Positions 1-12,987 of a stretch of DNA of 64,000 nucleotides are shown piece by piece. The translations under genes were made by a program, and so were the position numbers. The DNA lies in contig NC_043000.1 of NCBI RefSeq assembly GCF_006345805.1, positions 136,958,001 through 137,022,000 of the forward strand, in the 5' to 3' direction. The notes under the pieces are model-generated. The model was not told where the DNA came from, made no database searches, and saw only the letters and a list, made by a program, of their open reading frames with translations. Position 1 is the stretch's first letter. Every line of letters starts with the position of its first letter. Source of the DNA: Octopus sinensis. Lineage: Eukaryota.

Positions 1-19
1 CTTTGAAAAGAGAAAGATA

Positions 20-440
20 GAAAAGAGAGAAAACATCCAGTCCTTTGAACGTCCATGCAGGAAAAGCCTGATGATCACGTGAGGAAAAGAAAGATAATCA
101 CATAGGAAAAGAAAGATAGACGATGATCATGTGTGAGCAACGAGAGAGAGAGAAAAAGAGAAAGAGAGAGAAAACATCCAGTCCTTTGAACGTCCATACA
201 GGAAAAGCCTGATGATCACGTGAGGAAAAGAAAGATAATCACATAATAAAAGAAAGATGGACGATGATCATGTGTGAGCAACGAGAGAGAGAGAAAAAGA
301 GAAAGAGAGAAAACAGCCAGTCCATACAGGAAAAGCTGATGATCACGTGAGGAAAAGAAAGATAATCACATAAGGAAAAGAAAGATGGACGATGATCATG
401 TGTGAGCAACGAGAGAGAGAGAGAAAAAGAGAAAGATAGG
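20..440. repeat. Purine-rich tandem repeat, about 140-bp unit, 3 copies (may extend left of the window)
   Basis: aaaca(t/g)ccagtcc...ctgatgatcacgtgaggaaaagaaagataatcacat...cgatgatcatgtgtgagcaacgagagag recurs at about 31, 172 and 311. Confidence 0.9.
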
Positions 441-881
441 AGAGAGAGTGGCAGATAGATAGAAAACAGTGAAGGGGAGAAAAAGGGAATTAGAGAAGGA
501 TCGAGGAAGAAAACATATATATAAAGCCTGCTGTTTTTTCAATTTGGAGCTCAAAAAGAGAAAATATTAGATAATACTTGACAGATTTAATACAATTTTT
601 AATTAATTTGTGTTTTTTCAACAACTGTTAAGAACGTTATTAGCCGAGGGATATGTTGCTCTCTGACCACATCAACTCATGAGATGCGATGTGTCCTTTA
701 TTAAGAAGGTTCGTTCATTTGTTTTGGTTTAACTAATTAAGAAGTAGGTACAGGTTCAGTCTAGAGAAAATTAATCTGACATGAAGTGGTATTTTGTAAA
801 TAGATTTATTCACTCTCACTCACACAATCTCTGTTTGTCTACCTGCCTGTCTGTCTTTCTTTCTCCTCTTTGTATCTCCCC

Positions 882-922
<41 letters not shown>

Positions 923-1587
923 TCTCTCTGATTAAATGAATCATTGAAGGATTAATTTTTCATTATAATTTAGATGCAATTTTCATGAATATAAAATTAA
1001 CAATAAAATCACATACTTATGACTTTTGGGTCATTCTCAACACATACACGTTCGCACATACGTTTGTGCATGAAGCGGGGCTGGGTGTGTTGGCAGGTGC
1101 GCGTGCAATTAAAGTGTACCAATAAAAAGATAATGAACGGCACTTAATAGGTTCTTTGCATTGGATAGAGAATAGTTAGGACTTAATGTTTAATTATGGT
1201 CAAAATCCATATTTCTGTTTTTGGTTTAAATAAAGATTTTATGTAAAATAATTTTATAGAAAATGAGGATTATATTGATCAAGCAACACAATTAAGACAA
1301 CTATCAGGAAAAAAATAATAGTGATGACTGTAGCCATTAATCATCTGTTGAATAGCTGTTTTGAGGTTCTTTCTTTCTGTCTTTCTTTTTGTCGTTTCTT
1401 TCCTTCTTTTTGTTTTCCTATTCTTTCTACCTTTTCTTAAATTTGACCTTTTGCTCAAGTCCCCAAATTAATTTACAGGAAATAGTTAAAGTTATGACTA
1501 TTGTATGGATAGAATTCGATCGACATTCTTACAACATATATAAGGATTGCATTATAATTTCAATACGTATTTAGTGTGTCTATTTCT

Positions 1588-1588
<1 letters not shown>

Positions 1589-1676
<88 letters not shown>

Positions 1677-1680
1677 ATGT
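1589..1680. repeat. (GT)n/(ATGT)n microsatellite
   Basis: Directly visible; source of the CVCV/HTHT ORFs in the track. Confidence 0.97.
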
Positions 1681-2168
1681 CCTGGATATGAATTTAAACT
1701 GCGTCCAGCGGAGGGGGTCTGGTTCAGAACTTCCAGGGTTTTGAAGAGTGTGGAACCACCTCTTTGCCACAATTGTTCTGACCCGGAGTACTAGCACCTG
1801 TCTGGGTCCCAGCTATGAATTAACAAGTATATGATCGACGGAACATAGAAATTCTCGGGTTGGTGTCTGAGAGTGCTATAAGTTCACTGGGAATGAGGAA
1901 TCCCCGGTCTTCGCTAAGGCATCCTTTAAAAACCCTGCTCTATTCAGCCGGATATCCTGCATCTTGCTTGTCTCTGGGCTTCTTGGTTTTGCTAGCGGAA
2001 GTCGCTTTGGTGTTGTATAAGATGCACTCGTCTTAAAACCCTTGCATGGGCATAGTGACACTTACCTGTCAGCTATGGTCATGATTGTCTAACGCAGGGT
2101 GGGGAATGCGTTTTAATTCTGAAACGAATGGACGTTCTAAAATAGAGACGTCATGTATATTGGAATAA

Positions 2169-2399
2169 GGCGGCGAACTGGCAGAAACGTTAGGGCGCAG
2201 GGCGAAATGCTTAGCGGTATTTCGTCTGTCGTTACGTTCTGAGTTCGAATTCCGCCGAGGTTGACTTTGTCTTTCATCCTTTCGGGGTCGATAAATAAAG
2301 TACCAGTTTCGCACTGGGGTCGATGTAATCGACTTAATCCCTTTGTCTGTCCTTGTTTGTCCCCTCTATGTTTAGCCCCTTGTGGGTAGTAAAGAAATA
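2169..2399 (+). mobile_element. SINE family A (tRNA-derived head, conserved gcctttcatcctttcggggtcgataaa-aagtacc body), full length with 12-bp TSD
   Basis: Head ggcggcgaactggcagaaacgttag with B-box-like gagttcgaattcc; near-identical copies at 16499, 31435, 37030; tatattggaata on both sides (2156-2167 and 2400-2411). Confidence 0.9.
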
Positions 2400-3185
2400 T
2401 ATATTGGAATACATGTATATCCATTCGTTTCTAGAAGCAGGACAGCAGTAAAAATGACTGATGCTCTACCCGCCATCAGAGGCCACAAAAGAACTTTTCA
2501 TGCGAGATAGCAGTGCGTGCGTGTGTAAATTGCGGCTTTCCTTCTTTGATACAGAATTACACGATTAAGCTCTCTTCGCAAAATATAAACTCGGTGCTTC
2601 TTTAGCGTTCGGTCTCCTACAGTATCCGTTATGAAATGGTCTGGTCTGGGTTAGGGGCAGGACTAGGATTTAGGGCTGGAGTTAGGGTTAGACTGCATGC
2701 TAAAGTCAAATGGCGAGGTAGACAACACGCTAAATTGTAAATAACCTGGTAGATTGCACATTTAAGTGGCATCATAAAGTCTGTGGCAAATATCCTTTTC
2801 CTCTCTTTTATAATTTCAAACATATATTTGCACGCACGCATGTCCACAAATACATACACACACTCAAAGAGTGAGAGAGATAGTGTGTGTGTGTGTGGGG
2901 GGGAGAATAATATGGAAAATTTGTAAGCAAATCAGAAAAATTTAGACAAGGCTTGACTGTATGCATATTTTGAAGCCACCCACCGAGATGTCACGAATAC
3001 AGCAAGATCAACAAAATATTAGATATACAGAGATTATATGGGAGATATTAATCATTATACCCTGCAGGCAGAACTTCAGCATCGTCTTGACCTTCTTAAT
3101 TAAAGTACACAAAACGACCTAAAGATCATATATTCTCTATTTATGTTTTTGCATATATAATATATATATATATATATGTATATAT

Positions 3186-3525
3186 ATATTATATTAAATT
3201 ATAGACAAAACCACTATTAGGCAAATCAAACAATGAAAAACTTAAGCCAATACATAAGATTATTTAATTTATATTATTTAAATATATAACAAAATTATTA
3301 AAAAAATATAATTAATTAATTAATAATTTTGTTATATATTTAAATAATATAAATTAAATAATCTTATGTATTGGCTTAAGTTTTTCATTGTTTGATTTGC
3401 CTAATAGTGGTTTTGTCTATAATTTAATATAATATTATATTTTACTATAAAATTGGATTCAATCCTAAATCTGATTTTTCCCTGTAAGTTTGGATTTATT
3501 CCCTAATATTTATTATTATTATTAT
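3186..3525. mobile_element. TA-embedded element with a perfect 115-bp inverted repeat (Penelope-like inverted terminus, putative)
   Basis: 3186-3300 is the reverse complement of 3321-3435; (TA)n on both sides. The palindrome is seen directly; the class is inferred. Confidence 0.6.
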
Positions 3526-4749
3526 TATATATATATACTTTTATATATATATATATATATATAATATATATATATATACATATATATATAGTAGTGGTTG
3601 TAGAGTACAGTAATAAATGGATAAGCTACTGGGTAATTTATGCCTATGTATACATATGGTTGGCCTAGAATAACGATTTGTAATTCTTATTCCATTTTAG
3701 TTTTCATTTTCCATCAAAGTTCGTATGACAACGCGTGTGTTCGTGCGAACGTGTTTGCATGTGCTTGGAAGTGAGTCAGTTATTAACATCATTCGTATAT
3801 TAACTTGATAAATATAGAGTGTGGAATTAAATTTCGTGGAAGGATTTAACGCTATATTTATTGGGTAAGAGTTCAAAACAAGCTTAGGTAGCATCTATTT
3901 TTACCATAGAAAAAGTAGAGATCCAACGAGGGAGTTTTCCCCGTGGTTGTTCGATCTGCGAAGAAGTAGGCTGAAAGAGCACTTTCAAAAATATAGACCT
4001 AGATAAAGTATACCTGTAAAAGAAAAAAAAAAATGAGATATTAATCAATGTTCTGTTGGGCTTGATTGGGTTGTAATGTCTTTGATCATAGGACTGTCTG
4101 ATATGAGCTGATCTAAGGCTACTCGGCGGCAACATACTAAAGATAAAAGTAGAAGGTGGCAAAAAACCATTTCACGATTTATGAGGCACAAAATATCGAT
4201 AGGTTTCTTTGCCGAGAAGGGATGAAACTTTAACGCTTTGGGCTTCTGGTGAGGCCATTAAAAAAAGAAAAGAGATGTCTTGCTCCTTAACAAAAGCTGT
4301 CAGTGCTGGCCCGGATTTAAGCAGTGAAAGAAGACTCATAAACCGTTTACTTCAACATTTCATTGTACATTTCGACAATTCACGAACAATACTAAAATTC
4401 AGTACGAATAAAGACATGCTACCTAGGACAGAATTTATCTCTCGTCTATTGAAGCAACGAAATCAAAACTAAGCATCGGTTCCTTCATAGTATTTAGAGA
4501 TTTTTTTTTTTTTTACCGAACTCTTTTTCTCGAATATTGAGTAAATGTGAAAATAGCTGTTTTATGATTTGACAGTGGAATCGAGAGTGTTTAGTCTTCT
4601 GAAACTGATTTAGAAGACATATACTAAGAAAGGTGGTATACTTACATTTTAGAGTATATCTCTCTCTGTCTTGCCCTCTCTCTCCCCCCTATATCTCTCT
4701 CTTTCTCTCTCGATATATATATATGTACAAACACATATCCATATTACTC

Positions 4750-5143
4750 TCTTTATTCTTTTACTTGTTTCAGTCATTTGACTGCGGCCATGCTGGAGCA
4801 CACCGCCTTTTAGTCGAGCAAATCGACCCCAGGACTTATTCTTTGTAAGCCCAGTACTTATTCTATCGGTCTCTTTTGCCGAACCGCTAAGTGACGGGGA
4901 CGTAAACACACCAGCATCGGTTGTCAAGCAATGCTAGGGGGACAAACACAGACACACAAACACATACACACACATATATATATATATATACATATATACG
5001 ACAGGCTTCTTTCAGTTTCCGTCTACCAAATCCACTCACAAGGCATTGGTCGGCCCGGGGCTATAGTAGAAGACACTTGCCCAAGATGCCACGCAGTGGG
5101 ACTGTACCCAAAACCATGTGGCTGGTTAGCCACTCCTGCGCCT
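4750..5143 (-). mobile_element. SINE family B (tRNA-like head, cttgggcaagtgtcttct CORE-like block, internal TA/TG microsatellite, tail gactgaaacaagtaaaaga)
   Basis: Reverse complement of the copies at 8044, 26853 and 62536. Confidence 0.9.
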
Positions 5144-7795
5144 CATACGTATATGTGTATACGTATGTGTGCATGCGTGTGATCAGATAACTAAAGACCA
5201 CTTGAAAATACAACTTCAGTCCAACTGCCTCGGAGGTTTCATGCTTGAACATAACACTTTCCATTTCAGTTTATCTGAAATTACATCTCAATATATGAAA
5301 TTAACATCATCGTTACTGTTTTAGGATTAACTGCTAATCGCCGAGCAATGGCCTCCAGGATTTCAGTATCTACTTCGATAGACATATTTCTGACTTCCAG
5401 TTGTCTCTGATATCAGCCATTTTCTTTTTTCTTATTCTTTTTTTGATTTTCACTTTTCTGAGATCAAGAAACTAATTAAACACTGGTAATTACCTGCAAT
5501 ACACTCATCTGGTAATAAGTTCTTTCTCATATAATTTCGTACAATTCTAGCCTTGTTCTTAGAAACAGAAAACTTTGTTATTGGGATATTCAATGGATGA
5601 ATAGATTATATATCAAATAGCTTCTAACTCAGTCATAGGCTTGAATCTTACTGGAAACAACGGTATTGTGTCTCCGAGCAAGTTTGCTTAACTCTATTTG
5701 CATCTGACTTTATATCTGAATAAGACGAAAATAGAATCCGTGTGGTTTCGAATATTGAATAGGGATAAGCTTCATTTAGGCTTTTCTAATGCCTTTAGGA
5801 ATTTCCCATCCCATAACTTTAAAACTACACTGCTAAAAATATCGATACTATTGTTGTTACTATTACGGTAGCTTTGAGGATAGCTTGGATAGAAAGTATT
5901 ATGTCTAATTAAGACGCGAATAGAATTTGTGTGAGGCATGTGGTTTAAATATTCTATAGAAAAAGCTCCGTTTGGTTTTTGGTTAAATCTTTTTAAGTTA
6001 CCTATCCAGTAAAGTAAAACTAAAAGAAAAACATTAACTTTCATGATTATTGCTATGTTTGTGAGTTTGGTTGAAATCGTTGAGCATTAGACTGAATATA
6101 CTAGAGTATTCAATTTTCTCTCCTTCTTCTCCCCTATCTAGTTTTTGAGTTCAAATGATGTTGCTGACATTACCTTTAATTCGATGAGTTCAATAAGAAT
6201 TTTTATTGTTCTATTATACTAATTCAAACGACTGTTTGTGGGCTATAAAAATTAGCTTTATTTTAATGTCTTAATCCAGGTGAGACGGGAACGGTTCATG
6301 GTATTTACCTGTCCTTCCAGAGTGATAGAGTCGATACAGCTTATACTGAGTTTGAATTTCAGCAGATTTGTGTGTATGGAGGGGAAAAAAAGAGAAAAGA
6401 AAATGAGAGATAACCCTACTGCTGGTCTTACACATAGAGATTTAGTACACGATTTTGGCAGAGAAAGACTCAGTAGACTCAGAAGCAACTATCAAATTGA
6501 AAGAAGTAGAAGCATTATAGTAACAGTAGAATAAGTAGCAGGAGGAAGGAGAGCTCCAGTGTCCGAGTCATTGTAAGTAAAGATTGCCAGTTAAGCAGAT
6601 GGCTTATTTAGGATGCGGGCGGTATGTGTTTTTTTCATATCTAAGTTACTCTGACTCAGATATGTGAATGGCACTTTAGTGTGACCTGCACTTGAACTTT
6701 GTATGAGGCCAACATCTGTTCAGAAATGAAACATCTTGTAAACCTTGGAGCTGCCTTGATTTTGGTATGCCATTTTGACTACGTTGTTGATAAATGACCG
6801 ATAAAAAGACGGGGGGTAGCAAAACCGGTCGAGCATTTTATAGAATGCCTTGCAATATTTCCTTTCGACACTCTATGCTCTAAGTACAAATTCCTGTTCA
6901 TGCCGATGGATTGGAGGAACTGTTAGAACACCGAACAAGATTCTTTACAGTAGCTGCTCTGGCTTCTTGCGTTCTGATCGCAACGCTTGCGACGATGCTG
7001 ATGTCGAGCTGTATTAGCCTTAGAGCAGCGGCGTTTCCTTTAAGTAGAAAGGAGAGACTTACGTGCATGGTCAACTGCTGGTCTTACACAGACAAGCAAA
7101 CTGAGCATATAAATCCACGTATATGGCCAACTCTGACAAATAGAGGCATCTAGATAGATAACCATCTACTCACCATGAGACTTTTCAAAGCGTTACTTCA
7201 GTATGGCCTTAGCCATGATGGTTACAGAAAAACTAAAGAAGAAAACAGAATATACGATCTTCAGTGGATTATGAACGTTTAATTTTTTTGAATAGTTTAT
7301 GACGGGATTTAAAAATTTGAGTACTTCTTGAGGAAAACGGTCATGGAATTGATGAATGTCATCTGGTGTTGACAGTTTCGTTTTGTGTAGATGACTCGAA
7401 AGGCAAACAGAAAGTGAAAGTAGTGTCATCGGCACTAAATGAAAAACGGTTGTAAAGACATAGCCAAACCCCGAGCGATACTACAATAAAATAGTCTGTG
7501 GCTCAGAGAGACACTCTTGACGAATACTATAATGGAGAAGCTTGGGGGAAACTTCTAACTCAAAGATGAATGGACCTGAGGTATACAATTTTACAAGGAA
7601 ATTTTGTGCTGTCTACAGTCGAAAGTTGTCAACAATATACTTTTTTTTGTTTTCGTTATGGGACCATTAGTAAGCAATATAGACATAAGCTTCACTTGCT
7701 TGGAGAGTTAAATCATAATGAACTAGCGTTTTGTGCAAGGAGAGGACGCTTTATTTATAGTTTTTTTTTCTTCCGACAGTTAAACGCATGATATA

Positions 7796-8010
7796 TTTGT
7801 TTCAAATTTTGACACAAGGCCAGCAATTTCGGGGTGGGGGAGTCGATTACATCGACCCCGGTGATCAACAGGTACTTACTTTATCGACTCCCGAGAGGAT
7901 GAAAGGCAAAAATCAACCTCGGCGGAATTTGAACTCAGAGCATAAAGGTAGACGAAACGCCGCTAAGCATTTTGCCTAGCGTGGTAACGATTCTGCCAGC
8001 GCGCTGCCTT
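7796..8010 (-). mobile_element. SINE family A, diverged copy with the alternative 3' tail
   Basis: tcgactcccgagaggatgaaaggcaaaaatcaacctcggcggaatttgaactcagag is the reverse complement of the family A body. Confidence 0.8.
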
Positions 8011-8043
8011 TTAATTAAGAAAAAATCAATATATATATATATA

Positions 8044-8440
8044 GGCGCAGGAGTGGCTGTGTGGTAAGTAGCTTGTTTACCAGCCACATGGTTCCGGGTT
8101 CAGTCCCACTGCGTGGCACCATGGGCAAGTGTCTTCTACTATAGCCTCGGGCCAACCAAAGCCTTGTGAGTGGATTTGGTAGACGGAAACTGAAAGAAGC
8201 CCGTCATATATATGTATATATATATATATATGTGTGTGCGTGTATGTTTGTGTGTCTGTGTTTGTCCCCCTAGCATTGCTTGACAACCGATGCTGGTGTG
8301 TTTATGTCCCCGTTACTTAGCGGTTCGGCAAAAAGAGACCGATAGAATAAGTACTGGGGTTACAAAAGAATAAGTCCCCGGGTCCGAGTTGCTCGATTAA
8401 AGGCGGTGCTCCAGAATGGCCGCAGTCAAATGACTGAAAC
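8044..8440 (+). mobile_element. SINE family B, full length
   Basis: Starts ggcgcaggagtggctgtgtggtaag (A-box-like), has gggttcagtccc (B-box-like), ends gcagtcaaatgactgaaac. Confidence 0.92.
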
Positions 8441-9097
8441 AGTATATCAGAAATACGAAACACTAGCGGTACGAAACGCCGATATTCAACGAAAGGACTA
8501 ACTGAAACTCTGATAAACAGAAGAATAGATGTACAGTAAAATAAAAAAAGTAAAGGAGACGACATATAATCAAAATGTAATTTAATCTAATATCTAATCT
8601 ATTCTAATCTAATCTAATCTAATCTAATCACTGCCTAGTATTTACTAGAGAAAAACAATCACTTCTGATTTTCAAAGGGTTAAATGAAACAGCACATATT
8701 ATATTAGGGTTACAAGAAACGAGAGACAAAATGCGATTAGTTTTGTAATATAATTCGATTCTGAACGCTTGTAATAGAATATAACATTAACATACAAATG
8801 ATCGTCATGGCTTCTTCAAAGGTTTAATATTTATTATATGCATGCACACGATGGAGAATCAACAAGTACGTTTGTATAACCGTGTTAAATGTTGCATATT
8901 TGTATTTTCGTATGTTTAATAGAATATGTTATATGATATTCTAACAAGATTAACAAAAACAAAATGGGTAAATTATAGAATGGCAGTAGTTACATTTTGA
9001 TTGTGTCAATGATGTAGACGAATGTTTTATGTACAGTATATACGCGGTGCACTTGAGTGTATGAAAGTAATTTAATTTTCTCTACACTTAGATGTGT

Positions 9098-9414
9098 GAG
9101 GCGCGTGGCTGAGTGGTTAGGGCATTCGGCTCATGATCGTAAGGTTGTGAGTTCGATTCCCGGCGACGCGTTGTGTCCTTGAGCAAGACACTTTATTTCA
9201 CGTTGCTCCAGTCCACTCAGCTGGCAAAAATGAGTTGTACTTGTATTTCAAAGGGTCAGCCTTGTCACTCTCTGTGTCACGCTGATTATCCCCGAGAACT
9301 ACGTTAAGGGTACACGTGTCTGTGGAATGCTCAGCCATTTGCACGTTAATTTCACGAGCAAGCTGTTCCGTTGATCGTATCAGCTGGGACCCTCGTCGTC
9401 GTAACCGGCGGAGT
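9098..9414 (+). mobile_element. SINE family C (tRNA head plus gtgtccttgagcaagacactt block) with 12-bp TSD
   Basis: A-box tggctgagtggttag, B-box gagttcgattccc; homologous copy at 13432-13750; acacttagatgt on both sides (about 9084 and 9433). Confidence 0.88.
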
Positions 9415-9490
9415 CTTTAAGAAGTCTTTAAGACACTTAGATGTATGTATGTGTGTGCGTATATATATATGTGTGGTGTGTGTGTGTGTG

Positions 9491-9737
9491 GAGGTACGTG
9501 GCTTAGTGGTTAGGGGGTGTCAGCATCATGATCGTAAGATTGTGGTTTCGATTCCTGGACCGGGCGACGCGTTGTGTCCTTGAGCAAGACACTTCATTTC
9601 ACGTTGCTCCAGTTAACTCAGCTAGCAAAATGAGTAACGATGCGATGGACTGGGGTCCCGTCCAGCTGGGGAACACATACGCCATTGAAACGGGAAACCG
9701 GGCCCATGAACCTGGCTAAGCTTTAAAAGGGCGCATT

Positions 9738-9740
<3 letters not shown>
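9491..9740 (+). mobile_element. SINE family C variant (same 5' half, different 3' half)
   Basis: Shares head and gttgtgtccttgagcaagacactt...cacgttgctccag with the 9098 copy, then diverges; a related decayed copy is at 12772-12985. Confidence 0.8.
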
Positions 9741-9771
<31 letters not shown>

Positions 9772-9954
9772 ACGTGTATGCGGGTGTGTGTGTTTCAGTA
9801 AGAGTGAGTTCAACAAAAATCATTTAGTTTCGTTGGGTACTAAGTATTTTCTATATTGAATCATTTACTATTTTCCTTTTTCTTATTTCGGTTTCATTAT
9901 CATTATAATCATCATGAGCGCGAGCGCGCACGCACACACACATACACACATATT

Positions 9955-10530
9955 CTTTTCTACTCTAGGCACAAGGCCCGACATTTTTGGGGAGGGAACT
10001 AGTCGATTAGATCGAACCCAGTACGCAACTAGTACTTAATTTATCGACCCCGAAAGGATGAATGGCAAAGTCGACCTCGGTGGAATTCGAACTCACAACG
10101 TAACGACAGACGAAATACCTATTTCTTTACTATCCACACGGGGTTAAACACAGAGAGGACAAACAAGGACAGACAAACGGATTAAGTCGATTAGATCGAC
10201 CCCAGTGCGTAACTGGTACTTATTTAATTGACTCCGAAAGGATGAAAGGCAAGTCGACCTCGGCGGAATTTGAACTCACAACGTAACGGCAGACGAAATA
10301 CCTATTCTTTACTATCCACACGGGGCTAACACAGAGAGGACAAACAAGGACAGACAAACGAATTAAGTCGATTATATCGACACCAGTGCGTAACTGGTAC
10401 TTATTTAATTGACTCTGAAGGATGAAAGGCAAAGTCGACCTCGGCGGAATTTGAACTCAGAACATAGCGGCAGCAGAAATACCGCTAAGCATTTCGCCCG
10501 GCCTGCTAATGATTCGGCCAGCTCGCCGCC

Positions 10531-10532
<2 letters not shown>
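9955..10532 (-). mobile_element. SINE family A trimer (one head, three tandem bodies, about 182-bp period)
   Basis: Body aaggatgaaaggcaaagtcgacctcggcggaatttgaactca occurs three times (about 10055, 10240, 10420); single head at 10532 next to (CA)n. Confidence 0.88.
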
Positions 10533-10566
<34 letters not shown>

Positions 10567-10624
10567 TTATCCATCAGTCCATTTTCAATTCAGTTTTATT
10601 GTAGTGGCGGTTTATTCTTTATTC

Positions 10625-10677
<53 letters not shown>

Positions 10678-11171
10678 AAACTGTCTGTCTGCCTGCCTGC
10701 CTGGGTGGCTGGCTATCTGTCTGTCTGCCCATCCACTCATCCTTCAGCATCTTTCCATCAGTTTATCTATTAAGTCTTGTTTTCAGTTCCAGCCTGTTCC
10801 TTATTTCTTCATCTTTATCATAATCCTCATCAGTACAAATACATTTTACTCTCCTAACATGTTTATACGAGACAAAACGCTTATTGTGGAACTCAGTATT
10901 TTAACAACACATGTTCATACTTAGCATTAACACTTTGAATATCTTATACTAACTGATTCTACCCTGATTTTCGCAATAAAACCCCGATTTCACTCGAAAA
11001 CACAGACACACACCCACATATGCACATATACGTATGTACATACACATACATCCGATGTATATGTGTGCGCGCGTGTGCGTGTGAGTGTAATTATATATAT
11101 ATAATTTTTTCAGAATGAGATAAAAAAAAACCCAAAGCTGTGAAAGATTTTAGAACATTTATAAATATAAG

Positions 11172-11223
11172 GCCTTACAGCTGTTTCCAGGATATTTATT
11201 TATTATATCCCTTCATCGGAGAC
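11172..11223 (-). ncRNA. Minimal type I hammerhead ribozyme motif, CCGAUGA core variant
   Basis: Minus strand reads GUCU-CCGAUGA-AGGGAUAU(AAUAAAUAA)AUAUCCUG-GAAA-CAGCUG-UA-AGGC: stem I, stem II, palindromic stem III, GUA triplet. Confidence 0.7.
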
Positions 11224-11481
11224 GGTGTGAGAAGGTGGTTAAGCAGTAGTTATTTTAGATAAGATATGAAATAGAGAGTGAAGTGGAGGAATGAAAGTAG
11301 ATGTGAGATATGCAGGGGATATTGCATTTGTTGATCCATTATTACCGAACCTGGAGCTTAACTACGGTCTGTCCATAGCACTTACTCAGCATTACCTGAC
11401 ACCTTTGGGTCTTATTGACACCATTACCTATCGCTAACGACTACACATTCTTTGTTTTCTCTCCTTGTTTCTTTCTGTGTT

Positions 11482-11522
11482 CCTTTCTGTGGAAAGGAGC
11501 GTAGATTCGAAACGTTAAAGAC
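11482..11522 (+). ncRNA. Degenerate hammerhead-like motif
   Basis: cttt...gagcgtagattc-GAAA-CG-UUA-aag keeps the 3' half (stem II remnant, GAAA, palindromic AACGUU); the 5' core ctgtgga is non-canonical. Confidence 0.35.
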
Positions 11523-11693
11523 CTTTTCACTTCCCGAGCGTTATACTAATACATCTGTTTGTTGTCTACACCACCTGTCTTCATCTTTTGTTTTTTTGTG
11601 AATTCTCCCTATATATATATATATATATTACACGTATGTGTGTGTATAACAATATATATACTTTATTTAAAGCAGCAGAAAATTCAATAAAAC

Positions 11694-11731
11694 CTGTTAC
11701 TCTGAGTTTCACGTTCCCGTTCGTCGGACAG
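11694..11731 (-). ncRNA. Ultra-compact type I hammerhead ribozyme motif, CCGACGA core variant
   Basis: Minus strand reads CUGU-CCGACGA-ACG(GGAA)CGU-GAAA-CUCAGAG-UA-ACAG: perfect stem I, stem II with GNRA loop, quasi-palindromic stem III. Confidence 0.72.
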
Positions 11732-11787
11732 TTTTTGCTATATATATATACATATAATATATATATGTGTGTGTGTGTGTATAACAG

Positions 11788-11838
<51 letters not shown>

Positions 11839-12263
11839 TGTGTGTGTGTGTGTGTGCGAGCATGTTTTTATGTAACTTCAGTTAAATCTTTTGCTTTTTC
11901 TGTTTATCTTTATATCTCAATATGCTAGTGCAAAGTCTAGAATTTAATTGAATTAGCTACCAGCGAAAATACTAATATAATGCAAATTGGAATTTCCAAT
12001 TCCTGGTTCTACCATATTTATTGAGTTTATTGAGGCTATTAGTTGCGAATTTGAAGAATATAAGGTTTAGACTGTCTCTTGAGAAAGACCCCCAATTAGG
12101 ATGGAAAAATCGAATCGGTGCATTTAGCTATTTTTTTTCTCTTTTTTTTTTTGTCAACGAAGAAATTCATAAAAATTCATTAAAAAAATATATATCCATG
12201 TACATGTACGCAGGTGCGGTAATATCTTGCTCTTTCTCTGCATATGTACCTATTTGTCTAATG

Positions 12264-12330
12264 TAGTGGTTCCCAACCTGGGGTCCGCGGACCCCTAATA
12301 ATCCGCAAAGGTAGTACTGGGGGTCCGTAA
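12264..12330 (+). mobile_element. hAT-like (Charlie-type) transposon end fragment
   Basis: tagtggttcccaacctggggtccgcggacccc resembles CAGTGGTTCCCAAC hAT termini; the partner end was not found. Confidence 0.45.
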
Positions 12331-12987
12331 ACTAAATTCAAATAGAAAAGAAAGGACGTTACATAGAATGATGAAAGCAAAACAATGGTGTTGCCATAGT
12401 GTGCAAACCAGCTGGGAAAAGTTTTATCAAAATCGATTCACAGAAAACCGAGAAATCCTAAATTTCACTCCTAAGCTATTAGTGTGGTTTTGGGTGTATA
12501 TATGCAACGCACAAGCATATGCTTCGCAACTATTTTGTACCGAGTTCGATCTCACTTTGTGGTACCTGTGACAAGTGTCTTGTCATAACCTTTGGTTGAT
12601 CCCACTAAGGTTCTTGAAGGAATTTACGGAAACCCGCTTGATAAGTTGTACCAGGAATTCACATCATCGTCCTTATCATAGTTACGCTGATTCTATTCAT
12701 TTGTACACATACACACACCACACACAACACACACACACTCACCCACATCTATGTTAATATGAATATTTGGTGGAGGCGCATGGCTTAGTGGTAGGGTGTG
12801 AACTCATGGTCGTAAGATTGTAGATTTTATCGCAGGACTGGGCGATGCGTTATTTTCTCGAAGAAAACACTTCATTTCACGTTGCTCGGTCCACTCAGTC
12901 GGCAAAAATAAATAATTCTGTGACGGACAGGTGTCCAGTCAAATAGGGAAATACATACGTCACAAAATCCTACAAACCGACAAGCAT

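Noticed and set aside
68-95. CTGATGA...GAAA in the 140-bp repeat as a hammerhead or C/D box
   Set aside because: No stem I or stem III, no NUH triplet in register, and no terminal stem for a snoRNA.
1681-2135. GC-richer block with a 61-aa minus ORF (1876-2061)
   Set aside because: Probably a repeat remnant, but single-copy here with no diagnostic motif, so left uncalled.
9098-9170. tRNA-like sequences at SINE heads (also 2169, 8044, 13432, 60944)
   Set aside because: They have A/B-box-like motifs but no complete cloverleaf, and they run directly into SINE bodies.
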